DNA of 64,000 nt from a virus: positions 24,700 through 88,699 of IMG/VR virus record IMGVR_UViG_3300037804_000252. One strand, written 5' to 3'. Position numbers and translations under genes: made by a program. The notes beneath the pieces are model-generated. The model did no database searches. It was not told the origin of the DNA and saw only the letters and a list, made by a program, of their open reading frames with translations. Positions 39,951-51,069 of the stretch are shown piece after piece (positions within the stretch are counted from its first letter, which is position 1; each line of letters begins with the position of its first letter).

Positions 39951-42900
39951 TTATGAATTCTCCAAAGTTTCTATTCGAGACTTCAAATCATCAATGATAC
40001 TTTGTTGTTCTTTTATAGCAGAAACAAGAACTGGTATCATTTCAGTATATCTAATACCTTTATATCCAAACTTATCTTCAGAAATCATTTCTGGATAGTG
40101 TTGTTCTACATCTTGTGCAATAAGACCTATGAAGTTTTTATCAGTTGAACCAGATACCCAAGAATAGTTTACTGCTCTGATATCTTCTAAATTTTCTAAA
40201 CTACCTGTTAGTTCGTAATTAATAGTTTTTAACCTTTCATCAGAAGTACCCGTCCAAGAAGTTGCTGCATCATCTATATAAACACCATCATCGTTATCGT
40301 TGATTATACTTAATCTATTATTTGAATTTACATCAAAGTTCCAATACTCACCTGTATTTGCAGAAGTTGCTCGTAAGAATATATGATTACCAGTTTTCTC
40401 AATACTTAATCCATTAGCATTAACAGTATATTCATTACCAATTCTAACTTCTCCTGCTGCTGTTATTTTCATTCTCGCATCAGTATCTGCTAAACTAGCG
40501 TTATTACCATTAACCTCATTATTATTTAGAAAAACTAAATCTCCTCTACCCTGAGTGGAGGTTCTTTCGAAATATAGTCCTCCTTTTACAAAAGTATTAT
40601 TATCTAACATACTAAATGCAATACCAGCTGCATCCCCATCAGTATCATTTAGGTTAGATAATAGTAAGTTTTGTTGTAAACCAGCTGCATCTTTAGAAAT
40701 TTTAACTGTTCCCGAAAACTTATTATCTCCTGTTCCTGTTTGTGTAAGTTTACCACCTAAATCAACATCATCTATAAAGGTAGCAGAACCACCATTTGAC
40801 ATATCTAAGGTTAAAGCAGTAATATCAGTAGCATCATCTTTTCCTACAAATGATATATCTTTATCAGATGTAATATTTTTTATAATTAGATTTTGACTAT
40901 CATTTGATAATCTACCATATTCATCACCATTGTTTCCTTTTAATACTATATCATTTCCACCAGCTGTTAATCTTAAATCATCAACTGAAATAATATCAAA
41001 ATCACCATTTCCACTTTCTGTAAGTGTTGCTCCATTTGAACCATCACCAGAAATCCCTAATGAACCTGTTATGTGTATTCCTTCTGCACTTACTCTAGCT
41101 CTTTCAGAATTTGCTTTGGTAGGTGATGTCCCAATACCAAATATTATGCTCCCATCATTGTTGGTACTCTGTATAGTCATACCATCTAGGGTATTATTAG
41201 CTAAAACTAGTGCTCTACTTTTGTATAAATCAAAAGCATAAGTTGAACCACCAAAGCCAAATGCTGCAAGTTCATCATCAACACCCACAACATCCATTAA
41301 TGTAAGTTGGTCTTGAGTCGTACCTTCCTCTAGTCGTATTCTATTTGTTAGTCCTGTTCCTTTGGCGTGAATAATATAATCTGCCGAACCCGTTCCAATT
41401 GATAAATTACCTTTTAATTCGGTACTTGTAATATCATCATTGCCAATAACAACAGTATTTGAACCATTACCAATAGAACCACTACCTATTACTATTGAGT
41501 TATAATCATCGGAGTTTTGAAATCCTGAATAAGAACCTAATATAGTGTTACCAGAACCGTCAATTAATGCAGTGCCGGAACCAAGGACACCATTACCAGA
41601 TTGGTTACCTATAATTATGTTCTTGTTACCGGTGGTTAGGGATGACGCTGCCTGTGTTCCTACAACGGTGTTGTCTGAGCCATTTGTAAGTTCGGTTGCT
41701 GAAGCCTTTCCTATTCCGATATTGTCATGGCCATTTACAATCTTTTGAAGGGCCCAACTACCAACTGCGGTGTTACTGTAGCCAATTCCTGCATTAATGG
41801 TTCCTGCACCACCCAATGCTTGATATCCTAAACCTGTGTTTGCAGCAGCTGTATTAACTACTCCATATCCTACTCTATACCCAATACCTACAAATCTATG
41901 CGTATTTGGCAGGCCTGCGGTAATTACTATACCACCAGCCCCATCGTTAAGTTCTAACTTGCTACCAGTGATTGTATTAAAAGTTACATCATCAGATGAA
42001 CCTAATCCTACATGGGCTGCGGTTACACCACCTACTGTACCTGTAAAGGTTGGTGAAGTAAACATTGTTGCTTTACTTTCGTTTGTTACGTTTCCTAAAC
42101 TTAAATCGGTTGCGGTTAGTGTTCTTGTTGCAACAGTACCATTGGCATCTGTTACTAAACCACTTGTATTTGTTGTTATGTTAATATCTAAATCAGATAT
42201 TACAGTTGCTCCAGTTAATGGAGTTGTATCTATATCTATATCATCACCAGCTAAGTTAGTTGGTAATACATAGTTTACTGTTCCTGCTGCATCAACACCT
42301 AAGTTTGTTCTAGCAGTTGCGGCATCTTGTAAATCCGATAAGTTACTTGCTTTTGCTAATTTTGTTCCTACTGTTGTTGTTAGTGTTGAAAGTGAACCAG
42401 AATCTTCGGCTAATGAAGCAGATAGTTCTCCTAATGTATCTAATGTTGAACCAGCATTACCAATTATATTAGTAATTCTAGCTTGTACGAATTCAGTTGT
42501 TGCTAATTTAGTAGAATCATCAGTACCAGTTTGTGTTGGTGCAGTTGGATTAGTTGTAAACGCAGGAGAAGTAAACATTGTTGCTTTACTCTCATTTGTT
42601 ACATTACCTAAACCTACATGAGTAGAAGTTACACCAGCAACTGTTCCTGTAAATGTAGGAGAAGCAAACATTGTTGCTTTACTCTCATTTGTTACATTAC
42701 CTAAACCTACATCAGCAGCAGTTGTTGATTGTGCTCTTAAACCAGAATAAGTTCCACTTTGTGAGAATGCCTCAACATCAGAAATATCTGATGCAGAAAT
42801 TCCTAAGAATGTTTTTACTTGTGAATTAGAACCACTAACTACATCTTCTGCAGTTAATTTGGTTTTAACTCTTACATCAGTATAATACTTGTTTGAAGAA

Positions 42901-43577
42901 TCTTCAGTAACATCAGCAGTAGTTAAACTATTGATTGTAGAATCAAACGCAGATGATACTGCCGTTAATTCAGAATCCGATGCAAATGTATTATCTAATG
43001 AAGATGAAAATGATTCTATTGCAGTTACTCTAGTAGCAATAGCATTATCAGTAGATTGTAATGAAGAACTAAGTGTTGTAAACCCAGTTGTATCTGTAAT
43101 TGTTATTTGTGATGAACCAGAAACAACTTGTTCTATATTCATCTTAGTTAAAACACCACCACTAAATGTAGATGAGTCTGTGTCTAATTCTATTTGGTCT
43201 GCGTTTACAACAATACCATTATTATCAGATACAATATTAATTGTTCTATCAGAAGAAATATCACCACCACCAGTTAAACCTGCTCCTGCTATAATAGAAA
43301 CCGATGTGTGGTCTATATGTTCGTTGGCAACAAAGTTGGTTGTAGAATCATGGTCTACTTGAGCAGAACCACTAAAGGTTCCCTCACCAAATTGGTCTAA
43401 GAAATCATCTTGGAGTTCACCAACAAGGTAATCTAAATCTACCAAGTCAGATTTTAATATTGTCTTTATAGCATTACCGTCAGAAGAATCTAATATTGTT
43501 AATTTATCAGAATCTCCTGCTGCACCGCCTTTAGAACTTAGAGCTAATAAATAATCTCTTAGTTTTATTGTTGCCAT
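39951..43577 (-). CDS. Tail fibre protein with C-terminal peptidase S74 intramolecular chaperone
   Basis: SDERLK...GLIAQDV...RYTEMIPVLVSAIKEQ; PTAPT...STKLATTEFV fibre motif; NTxxG beta-helix repeats. Confidence 0.85.
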   Translation of the reverse strand: MATIKLRDYLLALSSKGGAAGDSDKLTILDSSDGNAIKTILKSDLVDLDYLVGELQDDFLDQFGEGTFSGSAQVDHDSTTNFVANEHIDHTSVSIIAGAGLTGGGDISSDRTINIVSDNNGIVVNADQIELDTDSSTFSGGVLTKMNIEQVVSGSSQITITDTTGFTTLSSSLQSTDNAIATRVTAIESFSSSLDNTFASDSELTAVSSAFDSTINSLTTADVTEDSSNKYYTDVRVKTKLTAEDVVSGSNSQVKTFLGISASDISDVEAFSQSGTYSGLRAQSTTAADVGLGNVTNESKATMFASPTFTGTVAGVTSTHVGLGNVTNESKATMFTSPAFTTNPTAPTQTGTDDSTKLATTEFVQARITNIIGNAGSTLDTLGELSASLAEDSGSLSTLTTTVGTKLAKASNLSDLQDAATARTNLGVDAAGTVNYVLPTNLAGDDIDIDTTPLTGATVISDLDINITTNTSGLVTDANGTVATRTLTATDLSLGNVTNESKATMFTSPTFTGTVGGVTAAHVGLGSSDDVTFNTITGSKLELNDGAGGIVITAGLPNTHRFVGIGYRVGYGVVNTAAANTGLGYQALGGAGTINAGIGYSNTAVGSWALQKIVNGHDNIGIGKASATELTNGSDNTVVGTQAASSLTTGNKNIIIGNQSGNGVLGSGTALIDGSGNTILGSYSGFQNSDDYNSIVIGSGSIGNGSNTVVIGNDDITSTELKGNLSIGTGSADYIIHAKGTGLTNRIRLEEGTTQDQLTLMDVVGVDDELAAFGFGGSTYAFDLYKSRALVLANNTLDGMTIQSTNNDGSIIFGIGTSPTKANSERARVSAEGIHITGSLGISGDGSNGATLTESGNGDFDIISVDDLRLTAGGNDIVLKGNNGDEYGRLSNDSQNLIIKNITSDKDISFVGKDDATDITALTLDMSNGGSATFIDDVDLGGKLTQTGTGDNKFSGTVKISKDAAGLQQNLLLSNLNDTDGDAAGIAFSMLDNNTFVKGGLYFERTSTQGRGDLVFLNNNEVNGNNASLADTDARMKITAAGEVRIGNEYTVNANGLSIEKTGNHIFLRATSANTGEYWNFDVNSNNRLSIINDNDDGVYIDDAATSWTGTSDERLKTINYELTGSLENLEDIRAVNYSWVSGSTDKNFIGLIAQDVEQHYPEMISEDKFGYKGIRYTEMIPVLVSAIKEQQSIIDDLKSRIETLENS
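42564..42712. repeat. 56-bp direct repeat at 93-bp period (GLGNVTNESKATMFxSP), third diverged copy near 42055-42100
   Basis: 42564-42619 and 42657-42712 differ at one base. Confidence 0.8.
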
Positions 43578-43596
43578 AATTTGTTAAGAGTTAAAG

Positions 43597-44802
43597 TTAA
43601 AATGAAAGTTTAACTTTAATCAAAACTTCTCTATCAAATGACTTTTCAATTGGTTGTGATGTTTTTGCAACAGCAATCAATTCGTTAGAGTCATTGTATA
43701 GTCCAACAGTTGTAATATATGTTTTAGGGTCAGTTTCGAATGATGATTCGACAAATTTACCAGAACCAGTTACATATGTTGGGTTATTTGAATAGTTAAA
43801 CTCTCTGTTTGTTGCTCTAACAAAGAAATGTTGTGTTGAAACATTTTCTGTTCTTCTTGCTTCAAAGTCTCCACCATTTTCAATTGCTTGAACGAGTAAC
43901 TTATGATTTTGTTGTTCTACTGATACTGATAACGAACCACTAACCGATTGAGCTGCTCCGCCCCATGGTTTTACATCACCAATAGTATCTGCAATTGCAG
44001 TTGGGTTTAGAACAATAATACCTCTATCAGGATAGAATAGTCCATATCCCTCATCATTAGATGCAACCGTTGTTTTTATTGTTGCTTCATTTTCAGTTCC
44101 TAAGTTTAGTGAACCAGAAACTACTTTGAATACTCTACCTGCTTTTCCAAGTGTGTCTCCAAACTTTTTACCACTATCATCTATAAAATGGAATACACCA
44201 TTAGAACCAGATAAAGTTAGTTTCCAGTTTCCTGCATCCATTTTCTCTCTATATCTTGCTCTATTTAGATTGATAGCATAAATATCATTTGAATCGTTTG
44301 CTACCCCACTTCCATTTTCAAAAGAAAATTTAGTATCAGTTGGTTCTAAAAGAACTGACTTATATTGAGCATAAGTTGCTTTAGAAGCAAGTAGTGCGTC
44401 ATCTGAATTTGATAATGATACTGAACCACTTCCATTTACATGACCATATGCAACTGCGTATTGTGCTTCTGCTGATGAATCTGTTAGTGGGTTAGTTGAA
44501 TATACATTGTAGTAGTAATCTCCACTATTACCTACTTGGGTTGAAGAGGTAAAGAATGTAGTTAAAGAACCAGCATCTCCAGTCCAAAGACCAGTTGTTA
44601 CTACTTCTACTTTTGCATTTACTTTATCAAATGTTCCAAATGGTTTGTAAATACCACTTGCAATACCTACACCTGCTTGTAATTGTTGTCCAGCGGGTAG
44701 TGCTGCGTTCAAAAGGGCTACAACATCATTACTGTCGATTACTCCTCCTCCTGCTAAATCTTGCAGTTGGGAGGTTATATTTGGGTCGTTTATAATTGCC
44801 AT
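43597..44802 (-). CDS. Virion structural protein, paralog of 38838-39881
   Basis: YGLFYPDRGIIVL, NREFNYSNNPT, ITTVGLYNDSNELIAVAK. Confidence 0.62.
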   Translation of the reverse strand: MAIINDPNITSQLQDLAGGGVIDSNDVVALLNAALPAGQQLQAGVGIASGIYKPFGTFDKVNAKVEVVTTGLWTGDAGSLTTFFTSSTQVGNSGDYYYNVYSTNPLTDSSAEAQYAVAYGHVNGSGSVSLSNSDDALLASKATYAQYKSVLLEPTDTKFSFENGSGVANDSNDIYAINLNRARYREKMDAGNWKLTLSGSNGVFHFIDDSGKKFGDTLGKAGRVFKVVSGSLNLGTENEATIKTTVASNDEGYGLFYPDRGIIVLNPTAIADTIGDVKPWGGAAQSVSGSLSVSVEQQNHKLLVQAIENGGDFEARRTENVSTQHFFVRATNREFNYSNNPTYVTGSGKFVESSFETDPKTYITTVGLYNDSNELIAVAKTSQPIEKSFDREVLIKVKLSF

Positions 44803-44817
44803 ATCTAATATCCTTTA

Positions 44818-45447
44818 TTAATTGTTACTTCTATAAGTTACAGTTACAGGAATGGTTTGTGAACCACCCGTCTCGTTTCCATATACAGTTATAGTAGTAG
44901 AAATGTTTGTAGTTAACGAAGGATTAGGAGTAAATGAGAATCCTAAACCACTAACAACTTGTGCCGTAGTTGTAATTTCCTCTCCTAAGAATACTGGTAT
45001 TGTACCAGTTGCCGAAGCTCCTTGTGTTACCGATAACGTTCCTGCTCTCTGGTCTGCTAATACAACAGTGTATCCTGCACCAGTATTTCCTTGTGGTGAA
45101 GTTGTAGGTGAAAGTGCTACTTGACCCTCATCTTGATTAACTCCGATTGAAGAAATACCCAATGCCACTACTGGAATTTGAGTTGTACCTTTTGGTAATG
45201 TAACTAACTTGTATCTTAATACTTGTGTTTCATCTGGACTTGCTTCCAGAATTGGTATCGCCTTAATTGCCGAATCATAATAAGCACTTCCCTTCGGATG
45301 TGCTGGTTCGTACAATGTATAATCAATCTCATCATCACCCAATGCGAACTTGGAAATGTTGAGGGACTGACCAGATGCCAACTTCTGTCTACCTTTTTTG
45401 GTTAGGATGGCATCGACTGTTATTGATGTGTTGTCTAAATATCCCAT
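44818..45447 (-). CDS. Virion structural protein
   Basis: DAILTKKGRQKLASG...ISKFALGDDEIDY; late-box variant AATAAATA at 45484-45491. Confidence 0.58.
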   Translation of the reverse strand: MGYLDNTSITVDAILTKKGRQKLASGQSLNISKFALGDDEIDYTLYEPAHPKGSAYYDSAIKAIPILEASPDETQVLRYKLVTLPKGTTQIPVVALGISSIGVNQDEGQVALSPTTSPQGNTGAGYTVVLADQRAGTLSVTQGASATGTIPVFLGEEITTTAQVVSGLGFSFTPNPSLTTNISTTITVYGNETGGSQTIPVTVTYRSNN

Positions 45448-45510
45448 AATTTTTTTTAATTTGCCCTTTTTGTATTATGTACTAATAAATATAACTATTT
45501 TGAAATTTAA

Positions 45511-48500
45511 TTAATCTACCTCTAAGATTGGTTCCCCACTTCCTCTACCAGTATCCGCAACTCTAAGAATATTTGGATTAGTAGTAAATGTTTCAACTGG
45601 GTCTAACCCATCAGGGGTAGTTGTTGCAGTTTGTTGTGAACCATTAAAGAATGAATTTTTCAATCCTTGTGATAAATTATTTTTATATCTGTAATGTGTT
45701 GGGAAGTAACCATTCAATGGTGTAACTTCTACAATATCATTACCTATCAATGGTGGTGTATTACCAACCGGTATTCTTGATACTTTGTATCTATATTTTA
45801 TAACATCTTGCAATTCATATTCAACTTGTTCGTTATTTGAAGTTGCAGGATATCCTTTTGTTTGAATTTGAACCTTTTCAATGTATTGTTCTTTTATTAA
45901 ATATATTTGTTCTCTTGTTCTAAATAAGTTTCCAAAAATATCTAACTTGGTTACCGAACCAGTTGCAGGTAAGGATGCGTATAAACCATATCCAGCATTT
46001 GAAAGAGAATCTCTTTCCATACCGATTTGTTCAAACTCAAAACCTTGTATTGTTGCTCCTAAAGTAGGTTCACTAACACCACTATCAATAGATACTTCAT
46101 ATGTTGGATAATTACTTTCTAAAGAAATATCTTCATTTACATATATACTAGATTCATATTGAGGATTTGTTGATATTAATACCACATTAGAATCTCCATC
46201 AATATTGACCTCATAGTTATCATATTGATGTGATAGATTTACATCTGCTTCAGCATCTATGTTTACATCAAACTGATTATTATCACCAACTAATTTTGTA
46301 TCATCATTAACATCTATATTAGTTTCGTAATCTCCTTTTTCTGATGTTGCTTTTTTCCATCTAGTTTTACTTCTTTCTAAGTAATGTGGTTCAATCAATA
46401 AACCTTTAGAAACCTTTGCTCTAGCAGGTACTAAATCTTCTAATACATCGAATAGAGATTTGTCAATGTATCTAACTAATCTGATGTATTCATAAATATC
46501 TCTATTTAATCTTTGGAAATAATATTCTCTTAAATTAGATAGTTCTCTGTATTCATCTTTGTATTCATCGGATGGGTCACCAATGTAATTATCTATATTA
46601 AAGTTACCAAATGATTTGATAATATCCATATTCAACTCTTTGATTGGTGAGAAGAATAATCCTAATCTAGATGAATCAACAGGTGCTTGGTCTAGTGATT
46701 TTTTAGTTGCTCTAACTTTATGAGATAAATCACTAACTAAAGTTTGTGTTTCAAATCTAATTTTATCTGCTTGATTAAATCCTAATGAAGGAACTTTTGC
46801 AGTTATTCTTCTTTCATATGGAGTATATTGATATGGGTATGCCGATGAAGAAGGAAACCCTACGGTAGTTCCGTATGTTAATGTATATTCTTCACTAAGA
46901 GCAACATTTAATAAATTATTATCATTTGTTCTGTCTTTTGGATATTCAAAATCAAATCTAACCCAAAGGTCTTCTGATGATGCGGTGTGGTTGTTTCCTG
47001 CTATTGAATCTGGTTGTAATGTGTGTATTTCAACTATACCATCTTCAAGTGGAGTTTTCCACAATCTAAATTCATCTACTGACCCAGTTAGTCCATAACC
47101 CAAATAAAGTAAACTACCACTATCCCATTTTGTTTGTCCACTTACTTGTAATTCTGTTGAAGATACATCATTTCTGATTCTACCATCAAATGCTTCTTTA
47201 GCAATTACTTGGAATGATGAAGTTGAATTTGTTTCAGTTCTATTTACAACAATTTGTGTATACTCATCATTAAATACTTTGAATTGAGGTGTTGATGCTG
47301 AATATATTTGGTTAACCTCACTACCACTAACATATAAGTGAACTTTACCAAAAGAACCTTGTGTTTGTTCTACCGATAGTCTCCAGTTTTCATCTTGTCC
47401 ATTATTTGAGTCTAGTGTAAATCCACCAACTTTTACTAAGTTATAATCACCAGGATTTTGTAAATTAACTGTTAGTTCAACCGAGTTTGGTTTTGTACCA
47501 TCGATTGTTTGCCAATCCATTGAAACATATTCACTATTATTAGTAAAGTTTATTGCTGCCGTTCTATCTTCGAAGGTAAATGGTTGACTACCACCATCAG
47601 TTGGGTCAGTTGGTCCACCAAACTCCATAATTGTAAGGAGTGAATTTGGAATACCATATGATGCCATTACTGCTTTTAATGAACGAGCAGTACCTTTGTG
47701 TTTTAATAAGTAAGGTAGGTTGTTAAGAAGTCTTCTCCAAACCTCTTCGTTTGCAGATTTAAGTGATTGTTGATTCTTAGTAGTACCATCTTTGTATTGA
47801 CCAAATGCGTATTCCCATAAGAATTGAGAATCAAATGCTTTTCTACCATCCCATCCTAAAGATTCTAATAAGTTGTACACAAGGTCATTTGCAAATCCAC
47901 GAGTTGCGTGTTGGTTTAAGTTTTTAACTTTTGTTAATGCATTAATATGTACCCAAAGAATATCAAAGTGTTGTCCTATCATGTCCATAAACAACATGAA
48001 GTCTTCATTTTGAAAATCTTCTTTTATAAATTCTGGAAGATTATTATTTAAGTAGTTTGTATTGTTTTTGTCAAAAGTTGATGCTTTGTTAATTGTAGAA
48101 TTATACCAAGATATTGCTTCAGAGTCACTAGTTGCAACTATTGTATTCCCACTCTTTGGATATGATAATGAAGAACTATATTCCGTATCAGTATATAACC
48201 AATACTCAAATCCATCAAACGAACCAATTACTTCATTTATTTTATCTAATTGTTTTTTACCCTCTACTGTTCCTGCTGCTGTTTGGAATACTGCTTCTAA
48301 AGCTATTGATTCTGATGCTTCTGTTACAATTATGAAATCATCATATGAACCACCCTCTGCTAAAACATATCCTAGTTGAACATCAGTTGTACTTGATAGT
48401 GAGTTATACTTTGCTTGATAACCCTCTATTAATTGAATTTTATACCAAAAGTTTTTAAGTCGTTCTTCTGCTGAACCAAAGTGTGAGAAATTATCAAAGT

Positions 48501-49683
48501 TAAAAACTGGTACACTTGTTGAACCAGAGGCATAATCTATATTAAGTTTTCTTGTATCAATATCACTTCTTGTTACATACTCTTGTATTAAAGAAGTTGT
48601 AGTTACAGAACCACTACCTAATAAATCATCATATACTTGAAATCCAATTCCATTGTCTGGTTCTAGTGTGAAATTAGGACCTAGTAATGGTGGACAATAA
48701 TCAACACCATCACCAACCAAAGTTACCGTTTCAATTAATGGGTCTGTTTGTAGTTTTGATATGAATACCTTATCGTTTGTTCCAACCGACACTGGTAGAG
48801 GTTCGTATAATTTAAGAATTAATGATGATGCATCTGCTCCACTATCGGTTGATTCTTTAAGTCCTCTCCAAGTTGTAATTATTTTATTTTCACCATCACC
48901 TAAATGAAGTAGGTGTGTTAAGAAATTTGTATCATCAAATGCACATCTTTCAAATTGAGAAATAAAGCCTTCTGCTATTCTATTAATCGCAACTGAACGA
49001 GGTATGTCTATATCTCCTTTATCAAATATGATTGGGATTTGTTCAATAGGACCTTCTACTACTTCTCTATACTCTTCATTAACTGGTATTAGTTTTAGTG
49101 GGATTTTTATTTTATCTCCCTCATCATAAGTTTCTAAACCATATTTCTCTAGTATTTCTTTTACATTAAAAGATTGTTTTCCTTTTGGTGATAGTCTTAC
49201 AAAATCAGTTGAGTTACCAATAAACAACTTAACAAAAGTTGTGTTTACCGAATTCCACTGTATATTGAAGTCAGTATCGTACCCAACAAAATCTGCACCC
49301 CTTACTATCTTTGGATATGTTATTTCAACAACATCTGGTACAGGAATACTTACTTTATCAACTACATTAATTAATAAGTCAATTGACCTTGATTCTACAT
49401 CTATTGTTTCTACATCAGAAACACCTTCATCTATTTTTTCAAATAAAGTTTTATCAGGTATATCAGATAAAGATACCTTTGGTAAATTGGTTTTTAATCC
49501 CAATTTATTTTTTTTGTTTTTAGGAAAGTTAATGGGGTTTACTGGTTTTTTTATTGAACCACCCCCTCCACCGAATTGAAATCCTGACAAGTCTCCAAAT
49601 CGAGCATTAGAATTTTTGTTTGAAATATCGTTTGATATATCAAATGGTAAAAATCCTGGTATGTCGTTGTATTTATATGCCAT
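45511..49683 (-). CDS. Large baseplate wedge-like protein with a LamG-like domain
   Basis: F..MIGQHFD and YLLKHKGT..SLKAVMASYG (P2 gpI/gp7-like); GSVDEFRLWK (LamG-like); baseplate cluster. Confidence 0.58.
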   Translation of the reverse strand: MAYKYNDIPGFLPFDISNDISNKNSNARFGDLSGFQFGGGGGSIKKPVNPINFPKNKKNKLGLKTNLPKVSLSDIPDKTLFEKIDEGVSDVETIDVESRSIDLLINVVDKVSIPVPDVVEITYPKIVRGADFVGYDTDFNIQWNSVNTTFVKLFIGNSTDFVRLSPKGKQSFNVKEILEKYGLETYDEGDKIKIPLKLIPVNEEYREVVEGPIEQIPIIFDKGDIDIPRSVAINRIAEGFISQFERCAFDDTNFLTHLLHLGDGENKIITTWRGLKESTDSGADASSLILKLYEPLPVSVGTNDKVFISKLQTDPLIETVTLVGDGVDYCPPLLGPNFTLEPDNGIGFQVYDDLLGSGSVTTTSLIQEYVTRSDIDTRKLNIDYASGSTSVPVFNFDNFSHFGSAEERLKNFWYKIQLIEGYQAKYNSLSSTTDVQLGYVLAEGGSYDDFIIVTEASESIALEAVFQTAAGTVEGKKQLDKINEVIGSFDGFEYWLYTDTEYSSSLSYPKSGNTIVATSDSEAISWYNSTINKASTFDKNNTNYLNNNLPEFIKEDFQNEDFMLFMDMIGQHFDILWVHINALTKVKNLNQHATRGFANDLVYNLLESLGWDGRKAFDSQFLWEYAFGQYKDGTTKNQQSLKSANEEVWRRLLNNLPYLLKHKGTARSLKAVMASYGIPNSLLTIMEFGGPTDPTDGGSQPFTFEDRTAAINFTNNSEYVSMDWQTIDGTKPNSVELTVNLQNPGDYNLVKVGGFTLDSNNGQDENWRLSVEQTQGSFGKVHLYVSGSEVNQIYSASTPQFKVFNDEYTQIVVNRTETNSTSSFQVIAKEAFDGRIRNDVSSTELQVSGQTKWDSGSLLYLGYGLTGSVDEFRLWKTPLEDGIVEIHTLQPDSIAGNNHTASSEDLWVRFDFEYPKDRTNDNNLLNVALSEEYTLTYGTTVGFPSSSAYPYQYTPYERRITAKVPSLGFNQADKIRFETQTLVSDLSHKVRATKKSLDQAPVDSSRLGLFFSPIKELNMDIIKSFGNFNIDNYIGDPSDEYKDEYRELSNLREYYFQRLNRDIYEYIRLVRYIDKSLFDVLEDLVPARAKVSKGLLIEPHYLERSKTRWKKATSEKGDYETNIDVNDDTKLVGDNNQFDVNIDAEADVNLSHQYDNYEVNIDGDSNVVLISTNPQYESSIYVNEDISLESNYPTYEVSIDSGVSEPTLGATIQGFEFEQIGMERDSLSNAGYGLYASLPATGSVTKLDIFGNLFRTREQIYLIKEQYIEKVQIQTKGYPATSNNEQVEYELQDVIKYRYKVSRIPVGNTPPLIGNDIVEVTPLNGYFPTHYRYKNNLSQGLKNSFFNGSQQTATTTPDGLDPVETFTTNPNILRVADTGRGSGEPILEVD

Positions 49684-49686
49684 TAC

Positions 49687-51069
49687 TTATAGGAACTCTT
49701 GTCTGTTATTATCATTAATTTGTTGAGATTCAAAATCTATTCTATTTTGAAAATTAGTAAATCTTCCAAATGGGTTTGGTATTCCCCTATAACCACCACT
49801 TGATTTTAATGAAATGGGTTTGTATTTGTTATACTTATCATCAAACTTAATTTGTGGTAATTCTAATTTTTCCTTAATCTTTGTTTTTGGTACAACTTCT
49901 TTTGGTATAACAACCTCTGCTTCTTCTGGAGGTCTTACTTGGTTTTCATAATCTTCAAATGAGAAAGGATATAATTTAACATTATATTTTCCAATCTTAG
50001 AAAATGATTCATGTGGTATTGTTATACCTATAACATCTGCGTCATCTAAATTATCAAACTCATGTATATCATCACCAACGATAACTGTTATTGTTTGTAC
50101 ATCACTATTTTTTCTAATCATAATAGGAACACCAACTTTATCGTTTATATTATATTCTCTTGGGTCTGTTTTTACTAAAGATATTTGTGGGTCTAAACCA
50201 TCATTACCTTGAAATATTTCTTCTGTAATAAGGTCAATAGTATAATTTTGAGTTAACTCTAATTGTATATCTAAACTTTCACCATCTTCTGCATTAAGTT
50301 CTTTTGGTTGATTATTATTAGTTGATATTACAGCAGTTTTAAGTCTATATAGTGATAAATCAGATGACCTAATTTTATAAAACGTACCTTCAGTATCTTC
50401 ATATAAACTTTTTCCAACTTCAGGAAAAAATTCTGCTTTTTGATTTCCATTTTTGACAACACTAACAGGTGAACCTGTACCAGATATTAAAAATCTAACC
50501 GAGTAAGATTTAGGTTCTTCATATTCATCACCACCACTTTTGGTTAATGTAAAAATTAAATCATTTGAGGATTTTTGTAATATAGATATCGGTAACCCCT
50601 CTACTTCATTAAAATTATATTTTGTTAATACAATATCTTTTGTATCGATTCCTAGAATTCTTTCACTTATTAAATTATTTTTAATAAGAGGTATTCCATC
50701 ATCTACCATTTCAACTATGAAATATTCTGAACCCTTATACCCATTTTTTGATATTGTTATTTTTTTATTTTCCGTTAATAGAGATTCTTTTGTAATTGTA
50801 ATTCTTTTACTATCAGCAGCAGTTTTACCATTTACTGAAGTTGAGAAATTAGGTACATTACATTTTATATTAAAGATAAACAAATTAGGTGTAGTGTTAA
50901 CACTAACTGTACTACTTCCACCAGAGGATGAACCACTTCCACCTCCACTACCTCCAGCGTCAATGAAGTCATCTCCACCACCAGTAATACCACCACCACC
51001 AAAATTTTCATTTTGATTTTGGTCACCATAACCTTGTTGTTCATCAAATTCTTTTATTCTTACTGGCAT
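49687..51069 (-). CDS. Hypothetical baseplate-cluster protein
   Basis: 460 aa, Gly-rich N-terminus, beta-rich body. Confidence 0.5.
   Translation of the reverse strand: MPVRIKEFDEQQGYGDQNQNENFGGGGITGGGDDFIDAGGSGGGSGSSSGGSSTVSVNTTPNLFIFNIKCNVPNFSTSVNGKTAADSKRITITKESLLTENKKITISKNGYKGSEYFIVEMVDDGIPLIKNNLISERILGIDTKDIVLTKYNFNEVEGLPISILQKSSNDLIFTLTKSGGDEYEEPKSYSVRFLISGTGSPVSVVKNGNQKAEFFPEVGKSLYEDTEGTFYKIRSSDLSLYRLKTAVISTNNNQPKELNAEDGESLDIQLELTQNYTIDLITEEIFQGNDGLDPQISLVKTDPREYNINDKVGVPIMIRKNSDVQTITVIVGDDIHEFDNLDDADVIGITIPHESFSKIGKYNVKLYPFSFEDYENQVRPPEEAEVVIPKEVVPKTKIKEKLELPQIKFDDKYNKYKPISLKSSGGYRGIPNPFGRFTNFQNRIDFESQQINDNNRQEFL

Noticed and set aside
23211-43577. Diversity-generating retroelement acting on fibre tips
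   Set aside because: No reverse transcriptase and no template/variable repeat pair seen in the window
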